A stretch of DNA of 64,000 nt, taken from Octopus vulgaris. Taxonomy: Eukaryota. This document shows, one piece after another, positions 1 through 12,055 of the stretch (position 1 is the first letter of the stretch; each line of letters starts with the position of its first letter). The position numbers and the translations under genes were made by a program. Below the pieces are notes generated by a model. It made no database searches, had not been told where the DNA came from, and was given only the letters and a program-made list of their open reading frames with translations. Where the stretch lies: contig OX597816.1 in NCBI GenBank assembly GCA_951406725.2, positions 175,026,001-175,090,000 of the forward strand, read 5' to 3'.

Positions 1-138
1 TCATCTTTTGAGTTGAGCATTGGACTCTATATAATCGACTTAGCCACTCACCCGAAATTGCTGGCCTTCTGACAAAATTTGAAATTAATATTCTCCTTTT
101 GTTGGCATTTTTATTGTTTATTAACAAATTAGTAATTT

Positions 139-860
139 GGATCTTTTCCTTTTGAACGGCACTTTGTAACATAATTTCTAGGCAACTAAATAGTTTTAAA
201 CTTCGTATACTGGTAGAATGTGTTTATAAAACATCTTTTTCTCTTGGCTTTATTGAGAAAATTCTATAGTTTGTAAGATATTTCGTCTGAAATTTCTTGC
301 ATTTCGGCAATTTTAACCAATCAATTACCTCCATTGACGTTAATAACATTCTGTGCATAATGAATATGTCCCTCCTTTAAGAAACAGATTGGGTTTATAT
401 ACATTTGTGAAGAAAAAAGATACCCTTTTCCCCACCCCTAACCCTAACCCTAACTAACCCTAAATCTAAAATAGATTGAAATGCAATAGATCGATACTAG
501 GATTATAATTTCATACGACACTGGTACGGAAAATAGATCGATACTAGGATTATAATTTCATACAACACTGGTACTGAAAATAGATCGATACTAGGATTAT
601 AATTTCATATGACACTGGTACGGAAAATAGATCGATACTAGGATTATAATTTCATATGACACTGGTACGGAAAATAGATCGATACTAGGATTATAATTTC
701 ATACGACACTGGTATGGAAAATGGGATTGTTTTCTAGCGGTGTCAAATGAAAATGTCACCCATAATTATGGCCCTAGTATCGATCTATTGCATTTCAATC
801 TATTTTCGATTTAGGGTTACCTAGAAATGTTACAAAGTGCCGTTCAAAAGGAAAAGATCC
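139..860. mobile_element. Non-autonomous TIR DNA transposon (MITE; Mutator- or hAT-like by TSD length)
   Basis: TIRs of about 34 bp (GGATCTTTTCCTTTTGAACGGCACTTTGTAACAT and its reverse complement ending 860); AGTAATTT at 131-138 and 862-869 (8-bp TSD, or 9-bp with one mismatch). Confidence 0.8.
485..722. repeat. 47-bp minisatellite, 5 copies, inside the MITE
   Basis: Unit AATAGATCGATACTAGGATTATAATTTCATA(C/T)GACACTGGTACGGAA starts at 485, 532, 579, 626, 673. Confidence 0.92.
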
Positions 861-1327
861 CAGTAATTTTGCTGTTTCTAGTGTTTTTGTTAGCCTTATT
901 GTTATATAGTTCATTCTTCTGCTACATTTCTTGTAATACTTGTTGCTGTTACTGCTTCTCTTACTGTTATTTATATTTTTTACTGGAATATGTCACATAA
1001 AAATGAACAATTATTTAATAATGCCAGCGTGATTTTAGTAAGTGTTATCCAATTCAATACTTACACCTAAAATTTGGTTTCAATTCCTCGTATGATTTCC
1101 TTAATATTACTTAAAGCATATATTTAGGGGCTACGAATTGGCAGAAACAGCAGATCACACGACTTATTACTTTACAGAATTTAGCTTTGCACCTCTTCAG
1201 GGATAGATCCAGAATTAAGATGTTGGGGATGGGATGCAATTTAGAAATAAACTCTGAGAATTCGAGATAAACAGTTATTTATGTGCATCATACATGCATG
1301 CATACGTACATACATACATACATACAT

Positions 1328-4300
1328 AGGCTTGAGGCCAGAAGGACTCCAAGAAACAGACCAATCCAGAAAAGAAGGATTTGGAAGCTAAAGAACCCTT
1401 CAGAGATTTAGGGACATCCTCATCAAGAAATTTGATGAGAAGGAGGAGGAGCTACAGACGTCGGACATAGAAGGTAGCTGAAAATTCCTACGGGACAGCT
1501 TGCTGAGTGCCACGACCAAGTCTGTGGATGGTGCAAAGTTCCTTCCAGACCTAGAGTTATGTGGTGGTGGAATAGTACAGTAGACAAAGCCATTAGTGCA
1601 AAGAAACAGACCTGGAAAGCATGGAGGGATGGGGGTAGCAGGGAACTGTACCAGGTAGCCAAAAGGGAGGCTGGGCAGCAGGTATACATAGCCAAAGATG
1701 TAGCAGCAAAGAAGAAGTTTGCCAATGTCCAGCGACGTGAGGACCAAAGAACTGAGGTATTTCGTATTGCTAGACAGTGTGTGAGAGAAAATAGTGATGT
1801 TACAGGAGAGAAATGTGTCTGCATGGATGATGGGGCACTTGCCTTTAATGTTGGTGAAAAGAAAGAGGCTTGGAGAAGCCATTATGAAAGACTGCTGAAT
1901 GTGGAGAATGAATGGGAGGAGGAGAGCCTGCCAAATGTTGACCCAGTAGAGGGACCAGCTATCCGAATAGACGGCTCCCTAGTAGATAAAGCAATTAAGG
2001 ATATGAAACCGGGTAAAGCCCCCGGCCCATCAGGAATCACTGCTGAGATGCTTAAAACAGCTGGTTATGCGGGCTATGGCTTAGTCACCCGTATCGTTAA
2101 CCAGGTAGTTCATAATGGAGTCATACCCAATAACTGGTGTAGCAGCACCATAGTCAACTGCTACAAGGGTAAGGGTGATGCTCTAGATAGAAATAACTAC
2201 AGGGGTATTAAACTATTGGATCAGGTGATGAAGACCACAGAGAGGGTCATAACCCATCTCATTAGGGAGAGAATTTGCTTAGATGAGATGCAGTTCGGTT
2301 TTGTGCCAGGTAGAAGCACCACTGATGCTATATTCCTGGTCCGACAACTGCAGGAGAAGTACCTAGCTAAAGATAAACCCCTCTACATAGCTTTTGTGGA
2401 CTTGGAGAAAGCCTTTGACAGGGTTCCCCGATCCCTTATCTGGTGGTCGATGCGGAAACTGTTGATTGACGAATGGCTAATAAGGGCTGTACAGGCTCTA
2501 TACAGAGAGGCTGTCAGCAAGGTTAGGATTGGCAACGAATATAGTGAAAAATTCCGGGTAGAAGTAGGTGTACACCAGGGCTCAGCCCTCAGTTCCCTTT
2601 TATTCATCATAGTCCTCCAGAGGAATTCAAAACAGGTTGCCCCTGGGAGCTCCTCTATGCTGATGACCTGGCCCTCATAGCAGAATCACTACCGGAACTA
2701 AAAAAGAAATTTCGGGTGTGGAAACAAGGGTTAGAATCTAAGGACCTTAGAGTAAATGTAGCGAAGACCAAAGTTATAGTATGTAGAAAGGCGAACTCAG
2801 CACACACCCTATCGGGCAGGTGGCCCTGCTCGAGCTGTAGGAAAGGTGTAGGTAGAAACTCCATAAGATGCACCCAGTGTAAGCTATGGACGCATAAGAG
2901 GTGCAGCAACATCAAAGGGAAATTAACTGATAAGATAGCTTTCATGAGCGGCAGATGCACAGGGACAATAGACACCACAGACACTCAAAAAACAGATTCC
3001 ATCACACTGCAGGGGGAGAAACTAGAAGTAGTTGATAGTTTCCGCTACCTGGGTGACCAAGTTAGTAGTGGGGGTGGATGCTCAGAGAGTGTCACCACTA
3101 GAATACGAATAGCCTGGGCAAAGTTTAGAAAGCTCCTACCCCTACTGGCGACAAAGGGTCTCTCACTCAGAGTGAAAGGTAGATTGTATGATGCATGTGT
3201 GCGAACTGCCATGCTTCACGGCAGTGAAACATGGGCCGTGACTGCAGAGGACATGCGTAGACTTGAAAGAAATGAAGCTAGCATGATCCGCTGGATGTGT
3301 AATGTCAGTGTGAATGCATGACAGAGTGTAAGCACCCTGAGAGAAATGCTAGGCATAAGAAACATCAGATGCGGTGTGCAAGAGCGACGCTTGCGATGGT
3401 ATGGTCATGTACTGCGGATGGATGAGGAGAGATGCATGAAGAAGTGCCACTCCCGAACAGTTGAAGGAATCAGGGGGAGAGGTAGACCCAGGAAGACATG
3501 GGATGAGGTAGTCAAACATGACCTCAGAGCGTTGGGCCTCACTGAGGCAATGGCGAAGGACCGAGATCTCTGGAGATGTGCTGTGACTACTAAGATCCGG
3601 GATGCTTCCGGCACCAGTTCCGCATACCCCCTGCCCATCCAAAGTACCTTGGATCCCAGAACATCTCGCTGTGCTTGAGGAGACCTGTCGAGTCAAGTGC
3701 ATATACATGAACATCGAACCAAATATCAATGGAAACAGTAGTTGTGATACCTGTGCCGGTGACACATAAAAAGCACCATCCGAACATGGCCGTTGCCAGT
3801 GCAGCCTCCACTGGCTTCTGTGCCGGTGGCACATAAAAAGCACCATCCGAACGTGACCGATGCCAACCCCGCCTCGAATGGCTTCTGTGCCGGTGGCACA
3901 TAAAAAGCACCATCCAAACGTGGCCGATGCCAGCACCGCCCCAACTGGCTTCTGTGCCGGTGGCACATAAAAAGCACCATACGAGCATGGCCAACGCCAG
4001 CACCGCCTCGACTGGCTTCTGTGCCGGTGGCACATAAAAAGCACCAACCAATCGTGGGATCCCGGGACATCTCGCTGTGCTTGAGGAGACCTGTTGAGTC
4101 AAGTGCATGTACATGAACATCAAACCAAATATCAATGGAAACAGTAGTTGTGATACCTGTGCCGGTGACACATAAAAAGCACCATCCGAACGTGACCGAT
4201 GCCAACCCCGCCTCGAATGGCTTCTGTGCCGGTGACACATAAAAAGCACCATCCGAACGTGACCGATGCCAACCCTGCCTCGAATGGCTTCTGTGCCAGT

Positions 4301-4548
4301 GGCACATAAAAAAGCACCAACCGATCGTGGCCGATGCCAGACCCCTCCGGCACCTGTGGAGGTGGCATGTAAAAAGCACCCACTACACTCGCGGAGTGGT
4401 TGGTGTTAGGAAGGGCATCCAGCTGTAGAAACACTGCCAGATCAGACTGGAGCCTGGGGCAGCCCCTGGCTCCCCAGACCCCGGTCGAACCGTCCAACCC
4501 GTGCTAGCGCAGAAAACGGACGTTAAACGATGATGATGATGATGATGA
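1328..4548 (+). mobile_element. 5'-truncated RTE-clade LINE with RT and PHD-like finger, a repeat-bearing 3' UTR and a (GAT)n tail
   Basis: ORFs 1559..2680 (KAPGPSG, NYRGIKLL, QFGF, FVDLEKAFDRV, GVHQGS), 2716..3321 and 3346..3678 (RLRWYGHVLRM, RGRGRPRKTW); LYADDL at about 2653-2670 after a frameshift; stop at 3319; tail 4529-4548. Confidence 0.92.
3750..4385 (+). repeat. Array of about 9 hairpin modules (period about 67 bp) in the RTE 3' UTR
   Basis: Repeated GTGCCGGTGGCACATAAAAAGCACC core with related spacers; also an internal duplication (3652 onward repeated at 4057 onward). Confidence 0.9.
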
Positions 4549-4755
4549 TATACATATATAAACACATGCTCATGTATATATATAAATAACCCTTTGAAGT
4601 TTTCTAGGAAAGAGGATGTTCCTTCACCTCTACCAGAGTCTGCCACAAACCTGAATTCTTCATATTTATTTTTAAACTTGTAAGGGAGCTAAAAGATAAT
4701 GATTTTGTTTGACAAGAAACAAATTTAGTCGCTAAAATGCAGTTCTTCCAATTCA

Positions 4756-5149
4756 TCTTTATATATAAAAGTGAGGTTGTGTGCTGTCTGTCTCCTACGA
4801 TTTAGATTCCTAACTACTCCCACATTTTGCGGTGCAGTTTAAACAAAACCGGGTATCTTATAGTCGTGATTCATATCGAGCCCTTCTGGGTATTAGAGCG
4901 CGTCTACGATGAGTCTACGATTTAAAAAAAAATTTACCATCAATTTTTCCCATTTTTAATGCATTTTTGGCATATATAAGGGAAGTAACTCTCTAAAAAT
5001 TTATTATTAAATCTCAGAACGTAAAAAGCTACAGTAAACCCCCCTTTGTGGTTAGCCATATTGAGATGGCTATTATACTTTACATCTCTAAAAATGCTTA
5101 TATAGTTATTTCCCTTACAAACCCGAGCAACGCCGGGTGATACTGCTAG
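4756..5149 (+). mobile_element. Non-autonomous Helitron
   Basis: 5' A|TC, subterminal hairpin CCCGAGCAACGCCGGG, 3' CTAG|T, no TSD; a second copy lies at 36989-37284. Confidence 0.85.
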
Positions 5150-5471
5150 TTTGATATAAGCAAATAATTGTCTTTTGCTGTATACTACAAAAACAGAAAC
5201 AGAATACTATTCCCAGCAGGGAAATGGCTATGCCTGATATGCAGAAAGGAGTTTACAGGAACTCTATACAGAATACCCAATGAAAATTATAGTAGTGGCT
5301 ACACAAATGTGCAATGGAATCTTGGGCTGGTTGACAGAGAAAAAGAATTTTATGCCATTGATGCATAGGAGTGACCACCTACAAGAGCCAAAAGGAAATT
5401 AAGTTATCAGTTTATAGTAGTTGATAGCTTTTGACCTAACCAGCAATTGAAGTGAATGTTACAGAAGAATG

Positions 5472-6408
5472 TGTAGGAATACGACCGTATATGAGGAGAT
5501 TGGTGACATAGGTCTCCCTTTTTCACACGGTCGCATCCCTAACGAAATAAGATAAGCCATAATACAAATTATACAATACAGTGCCAACAGAATATAAATG
5601 AATGAGGAGATGCCGTTCCGGTGTTTGAGAGAAGATAAGATTTTATTTACAAGGTGTTGAGGTTAGAGGAGTGTGAGTGCTAGCAAGTGTTGTGTTGGTG
5701 TGTATGCAACAAGTGTTTGTGTTCGTGTGTGTGACAAATACAAATAAGGTAAATGCGTATGACACAGAAATACAGAGCATAGATGAAAGTCTCAGCATAG
5801 AGTTAAAGATGGAATTTGGATTACCAGTTCTCGAAGCGGAGCTGAGTTCCCTTAATACAGAATTTCTTCATATGGAATGACTGTTATACGTAGTGAAATG
5901 ATTCACTCTAACAGCGTTAGTAAAACTGGTTGTGTTGGTGAGTACATGTCTGAAGTTGACGGTAGTAATGGCGACGATGGTAGAGATGACTTGAAGTTGG
6001 TATGATGATGGTGACGACAGCGGCGGAGATAGAAGATGTTCTGTCTGTCGCTGGTATATAATAGCATCGTAGTGGCTGGAAACTGGAACATAGCTGAGCA
6101 CGATGCTGGTCAGTGACTAGACCTTAGAAGGTCTGGAGTCAAAGAACAAGACTAGTGAAAATGCAAGCCTATTTACAGCCCATGGTAGGCTCAAAGAAGG
6201 GCATCAAGAAGCAGGCCTTATCCAAAATTTGTGATTGGTTGGCTTCACACTCTGGCGCGAAATAGGAAGTAGAGACAAATCGTGCCACATGTCAACCAAT
6301 CAGATCAGTGGACACAACAGGAACAACCCAGCCAAAGATGGCTGTAATCTCAAACGAGATCATTCCCGCTGCGTCTCTCAAACAATGAGGATATCAGAGA
6401 CCGCTACA
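5472..6408 (-). mobile_element. Solo LTR (Ty3/Gypsy-type) inserted in a decayed RTE fragment
   Basis: Termini TGTAG...CTACA; 4-bp TSD AATG (5468-5471, 6409-6412); the rejoined flanks resemble the RTE segment VVDSF..SESVTTRIR..WAKF; a diverged relative lies at 12056-12560. Confidence 0.75.
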
Positions 6409-6659
6409 AATGTAACCAAAGTGAAGACTGAATGGAAAAAATTCAAGGTGCTATTGCATCTATTAACATCATGCAGTCTGACTTTTACTCTTTGTTGTGA
6501 CAGGCTGATTGCATAATGCTCAAGTATAAAGTAAGATATTGTATACTAAATGTGGAAGATATATAAAGGCTGGAAAAAAATGGGATGAGTATGCTCTTCT
6601 GAATGACTAATATTAGCTTGCATGAATGATAGAGCACAAGTGTACTAGATATCATAGTT

Positions 6660-7135
6660 GTTAACTGTAGTGTGCAAGAGAGAGGACTCCTCCATATATG
6701 AAAGCTTCTTGGTGAATCCACTCCTAGCCAAAGCATCATTGTTGTGGGGGTGCAGCTCTGTTAAAGATCACCCTATCGGCCGAGAGCTTTGATACTCTTC
6801 TACAAAGTTTCTAATTACAGCTGGGAGGTGGGTTTTGAGCTCCTGTGGGTGTATAGTTTCCCTGTCGGGTTTCCTGTAGGAGTAGTACTTGACTGGATAG
6901 TTTGTAGTTGAGTTCTCGGTTGGTTGGGGGGGGTCTAGTTGGTACATGGGAAATTTGTCGAGTGTGTTGTTCTTCTTCTTTATCACTGACAGCCATTTGA
7001 GTTGGTAGGCTGTTTAACAAAAGTTTGTTTCCAGGTTGAATACGATTTTCTCATTCAGCTGTTGGCTCAAAATAAATTTAGGGCCCTGACTGAGAAGTTC
7101 TAGTTCTTCATGGGAGAGTGACTCACTCAAGCCTG
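6660..7135 (-). mobile_element. Decayed Penelope-like element fragments
   Basis: Minus-strand peptides LSHEELELLSQGPK, YYSYRKPDRETIHPQ..HLPAVIRN and IFNRAAP..NDALARSGFTKKLSY resemble Penelope ORF segments. Confidence 0.6.
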
Positions 7136-7164
7136 TGAATAGGGATTTCGTTGTTGATGGTGTG

Positions 7165-7640
7165 AAGAGGCTGACAGAATATTCATGATGTTCAACGATG
7201 AAAGAAATTTAGCTAATCTAAGAATTAAGGAAGCTATCCTCATAGACAGACTGAGACCCCAAATTAACAACAGGCTGGAGGTTGGCAGTCAGTATATTAT
7301 TTAGCTACATGTGGATGCGTGCAGGTTCATTTTTGATAACATGCTCATGTATTATTTATAAAAAAAAAAGGAGGAAAAAAAAAGAAAAGGAAACTACGGA
7401 TGTGCCAGCACACATGGGGTGGAGACATGGCCACCCTCGTGCACTTCTTATGAGGAATTCCGGAAGGTGCTCTGTGAGACTACTGCAGAAATGCATCCGG
7501 AAAGAAAAACCTTTAGAAAACCGATTATAGCAGTGACTCAATCAATTCCTAGGAATATCTGAAGATGGAATTTTTATATTCCGAGATATTATATCAGACT
7601 ATGGATGATTAAATCATAACAGTTATTATAAGTCCTTTGT
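7165..7640 (+). mobile_element. Penelope-like GIY-YIG C-terminus and pseudo-LTR with a degenerate hammerhead motif
   Basis: DRIFMMFNDERNLANLRIKEAILIDRLRPQINNRLE matches the KEAI.I...P.LN end of Penelope GIY-YIG domains; CTGAAGA-T-GGAAT..ATTCC-GAGA-TATTATATC at 7559-7595. Confidence 0.6.
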
Positions 7641-7682
7641 TGTTACTATAGTGCATTGTTGTGCCATTCAAGACACATTATT

Positions 7683-7686
<4 letters not shown>

Positions 7687-7726
<40 letters not shown>

Positions 7727-7728
7727 TT

Positions 7729-7794
<66 letters not shown>
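7687..7794. repeat. Compound (TA)n/(TACA)n/(CA)n microsatellite
   Basis: Directly visible. Confidence 0.95.
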
Positions 7795-7797
<3 letters not shown>

Positions 7798-7811
7798 CAT
7801 AACTGTATATA

Positions 7812-8572
7812 TCATCATCATCGTATAACGTCCACTTTCCATGCTAATATGGGTTGGATGGTTTGACAGAAGATTGGCAAGCCAGGAGGCTGCACCAGGC
7901 TCAAATCTGTTCTGACAAGGTTTCTACAGCAAGTTGCTCTTCCTAATGCCTACCACTCCAAGGTTATAGTGGGTGCTTTTTATGTACCACTGGCACAATG
8001 GCCAGTCAGGCAGCACTGGCATTGACCAAGCTCAAATGGTGCTTTTTACATGCCACCAGCACTAGCATTGGTCACACTCAGTGGTGGTTCTTATGTGCCA
8101 TCAGCACGGGTGCCAGTCAGGCAGCACTGGCATCAGCCATGACTACGATTTCACTTGATTCAACAGGTCTTCTCAAGCACAGCTTATTGCCCAATGATTG
8201 AAGGGTATTTTTAAATGGGCTGGTTATGCAACACTGGCATCATCCATGGCTACAATCTCACTTGGCTTGCCGGGTCTTCTCAAGCACAGCATATCTCCAA
8301 AGGTCTCAGTCACTTGTCATTGCCTCCTTGTGGCCCAACGTTCGAAGGTCATGCTTCACCACCTCATCCCAGGTCTTCCTGGGTCTACCTCTTCCACAGG
8401 TTTCCTCTACTGCTAGGATGTGACACTTTTTCACACAGCTGTCATCATCCATATGCAACACATGACCATACCAGTGCAGTTGTCTCTCTTGCACACCACA
8501 TCTGATGCTTCTTAAGTCCAACTTTTCTCTCAGGGTGCTTACACTCTGTCGTGTATACACCCTGGCATTACA
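7812..8572 (-). mobile_element. 3' fragment of the PHD-RTE family
   Basis: ORF 8306..8599 (LHWYGHVLHMDD..GRGRPRKTWDEVVKHDL), UTR hairpin modules, (CAT)n on the + strand. Confidence 0.88.
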
Positions 8573-8659
8573 TATGAACATACATACATACATATACACA
8601 CATTTACATACTTCAACACATACTCAGACAGACACAACCTTAAGCAACTTTTTAAAAAT

Positions 8660-9810
8660 TTTGAGGTAATCGAGCCCCACCAAGGTTTTTTTGATATTTG
8701 GGAATTACTTGTCGATTCCTAAGTTGTTTTTTCTCAGAGTTAGTCCTTCATAGATTCTCAACAGTGCTCTAATGCTTTGACAACCTAATCTTCAGGAAAT
8801 TCAAATGTTTGGTCAATGTCAAACTCTCTCCAGAGTCCTGTGACCAGGCTGCTTTACCCAAAATGTTTGGTCTAGGTTTTCACAAGTGCTCATCTCTAAC
8901 TCTTCCCTGTTTTCTTTCCTCCACCCACACTTTCTCCCCTTCAGTAGGCAACATCCTCTCCTCTCCAACACAAACTAGTTCCATCAGGGAGATGGATGAA
9001 TCTTAGTTACAGTGGATAGAGCTGGGTTTGTCAGTTCCTGTTACAGTTGAGGATAAATGGAAGCAGAGAGTATGGGGCAATCTGCGTTCAGGTGCCACTT
9101 TCAACTCTCTCCTTGATCAATCTGATCAATTTTCAAGGTGCGAGTGCAAAAATGTCAGGGGACTGGATTGAAGCCCCGTCGGTGGCCAACATTGGAGATC
9201 TACTCAGTCTAGATGAGCTCCACATCTCCATTGCACTCAGAGTGGGAACTGACATCTGTAGGGGACTGAGATGTCGCTGTGGTATGCCTTTTGACTCCAC
9301 AGGTCTTCACAGTCTGTTTTGCTGCCTAAATGCTGGTTACTTTGCTCATCACACCAAATTAAACTTATCATTAAGCAAGCCCTGGCTTGGATTAATATCC
9401 CCTCAGTTCCGGAGCCAGTGGGATTATCCAGAAGTGATGGGAAGGGGCCAGATGGTCTTACCCTCTGTCCCTGGGTAAGAGATAGGTACATCATCTGGGA
9501 CACCACAGTTTGTGACTCCTTTGCTCTCTCTCCCACGTCCTGTAAATTGGAGGGCCAAAGCTTCCGTAGCCAAACAGAACAAAGCCCTGAAGTACCAGGA
9601 CCTGTCAGTGACCTATTTCTTCCAGCTTGTGGCTTTTGAGACACTTAAAGCGGCTGGGCCACTAACAGTGAAGTTTTTGTTGTTGTTGGTAGCTCTCCTT
9701 ATCAAGATGTCGGCTGATGCCCATTAGGGTGCTTGGCTTTTCCAACGCCTTAGCCTCACCATTTCCCATGGTAATGCTGCAAGTGTTTTGGCTTGCTTCA
9801 GTAGGTGTGT
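8660..9810 (+). mobile_element. Decayed CRE-clade non-LTR retrotransposon 3' part (zinc motif and restriction-like endonuclease)
   Basis: IALRVG..IC..RCRCG..DSTGLH..C...G...HH..LN; IKQALA..NIPSVPEPVGLSRSDGKGPDGLTLCPW...IIWDTTVCDS; FFQLVAFETL. Confidence 0.8.
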
Positions 9811-10134
9811 AACTAATTGAGGCACTTACAAAGCTTAATTCAGTTCAATTAAAAAGCATGCGTAAGCCACGCATTGTAAGTGACATTATAAATTGCGAAA
9901 ATATTTATCTGCGTGCAGGGTATGCATTGCTCCTCCAATGCCTGTTTTTTCATTTCTAAATGAATTCTCCTTATTGCTATATAATAGATTTCACATTTCT
10001 AAAAGATGGGTTGTTTGTTATTAAATAATACTGTGCAATTAAACTAATAAAATACATATGGCATATGTCAAATTTTGGCTCAGGCATTGCTGTTTTTGAA
10101 TTCCAAAATTATTGCAATGTTACATATCATTTAA

Positions 10135-11464
10135 AACTGACCAGAACTAGAGGAGAAGTTTCAGGTGTGGAAACAAGGCCGAGAATTGAAGGGCATTAGA
10201 GTCAATCTAGCAAAAACCAAAGACTTCATAAGTAGGAAAGCAGACAAACCACAAATCCCTTCAGGTAGATGGTCCTGCTCAATCTGTAGAAAAGGTGTAG
10301 GTAGAAACTCCATAAGATGTACCCGGTGTAAGCTGTGCATACATAAGAGGTGCAGCAATATCAAAGGAAGGCTAACTGGGAAGATAGTTTTTCTGTGTGG
10401 CAAATGCTCAGGAACAATGAACACTGAAAATGTGCTGAAAACAGCTTCCATTACATTTCACGGGGAAATGGAAGCTATCAACTAGAAGTAGTTGATAGCT
10501 TCCATTACCTAGGTGACCAAGTCAGTAGCATGGGTGGATGCTCTGAGAGTGTAGCTGATAGAATAAGAATAGACTGGGCAAAGTTCAGAGAGCTCTTACC
10601 TCTGCTGGTGACAAATGGCCTCTTGCTCAGAGTAAAAGGTAGACTGTATGATGCATGTGTGCGAACAGCCATGCTATATGGCAGTGAACATGGGCTGTGA
10701 CTGCAGAAGACATGCGTAAGCTTGCAAGGAATGGAGCTAGTATGCTCCACTGGACATGTAATGTCAGTGTGCATACACAACAGAGTGTAAGCGCCCTGAG
10801 AGAAGAGTTGAACATAAGAAGCATCAGATGTGGTGTGCAAGAGAGACAGCTGCACTGGTATGGTCATGTGTTGCATATGGATGATGACAGCTGTGTGAAA
10901 AAGTGTCACATCATAGCAGTAGAGGAAACCTGTGGAAGAGGTAGACCCAGGAAGACCTGGGATGAGGTGGTGAAGCATGACCTTCGAACGTTGGGCCTCA
11001 TGGAGGCAATGACAAGTGACTGAGACCTTTGGAGATATGCTGTGCTTGAGAAGACCTGGCAAGCCAAGTGAGACCGTAACCGTAGCCTATGCCAGTGCAG
11101 CATAACCAGCCCATTTAAGAGTACCCTTCAATCATTGGGCAATAAACTGCATTTGCAAAGACCTGTTGAGGCAAGTAAAATCATTGTCATGGCTGATGAC
11201 AGTACCACCTGATTGGCACCCATGCCAGTGGCACGTAAAAAGCGCAATTCGAGCATGGTTGATGCCAGTGCCAGCTGACTGGTCCTCATGTTGGTGGCAC
11301 ATAAAAAGTACCCACTACATTCTCAGAGTGGTAGGCATTAGGAAGGGCGTCCTGCTGGAGAAACTTTGCCAGATCAGATTGAAGCCTGGTGCAGCCTTCG
11401 GGAAAACTGTCCAACCCATGCCAGCATAGAAAGCAGACGTTAAATAACAATAATGATGATGATG
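10135..11464 (+). mobile_element. PHD-RTE family 3' fragment with an intact C4HC3 finger
   Basis: ORF 10165..10485 CSICRKGVGRNSIRCTRCKLCIHKRCSNIKGRLTGKIVFLCGKC; ORF 10697..11023; UTR modules; (GAT)n tail. Confidence 0.9.
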
Positions 11465-11469
11465 TACAT

Positions 11470-11995
11470 ATCTAAGATGAATGATGTAGTCCATCAGATA
11501 ATAATGGCCAGAATGAGGATGTTTTCATGTGAAATAATTTTTGTTGGACTATCAAAAACATTGGTGAAACAGCTCCTGTTGTGCACAAAAATTCAGCAGG
11601 AGACCTCCATTGGAGTTATTTTTGCCCTTGCCAAACTTGCTAATGATGCCTGCATAGGTCTCAAAGTCTGCTCCCACCCTGGTATTGAAGTCACCTATAA
11701 TCAGCAACTTGTCTATGTTAGGGAACCCTTGCCCACAATCCTTGTCAGCTCTTGATAGAATACCTCTTTCTCCTCATCTGGGTAGGTCATTGCTGGAGCA
11801 TACTTGTTGATGAAGGTCAGGTGTCAGTTATTCACAATTGGTATCAATAAGCTCATCATCCTCTCTGAGTCAGCCTCTGGAAAGAAAGATATTCTTTTGG
11901 TGGTCTTGTTTTTGACAGCAAAAACCATGCCTGCATCTTTTCTTCCCTGTTTTCCCAACCAAGTAGAAGGTGTAATCCTCCTCTTGCAATTCGCC
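11470..11995 (-). mobile_element. Decayed RTE/BovB-like AP-endonuclease fragment
   Basis: Minus-strand YAPAMTYPDEEKEVFY, KLLIIGDFNTRVG, NSNGGLLLNFC, HPHSGH..LMDYII. Confidence 0.75.
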
Positions 11996-12055
11996 CTGCC
12001 TTTTAATCCTGGCCTGTTGGAGTGCAACAATGCTTAAACCATATCAGTGCAATTC

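Noticed and set aside
436-463. Telomere or chromosome-fusion scar
   Set aside because: Only about four imperfect CCCTAA units, located inside a TIR element
1559-2680. Host or retron-like reverse transcriptase gene
   Set aside because: Frameshifted, 5'-truncated member of a multi-copy RTE family with a microsatellite tail
3349-4497. Long repetitive ORFs ([10 protein letters not shown]...) on the minus strand, also 35719-36440
   Set aside because: Open in several frames only because the tandem module lacks stops; no splice or homology support
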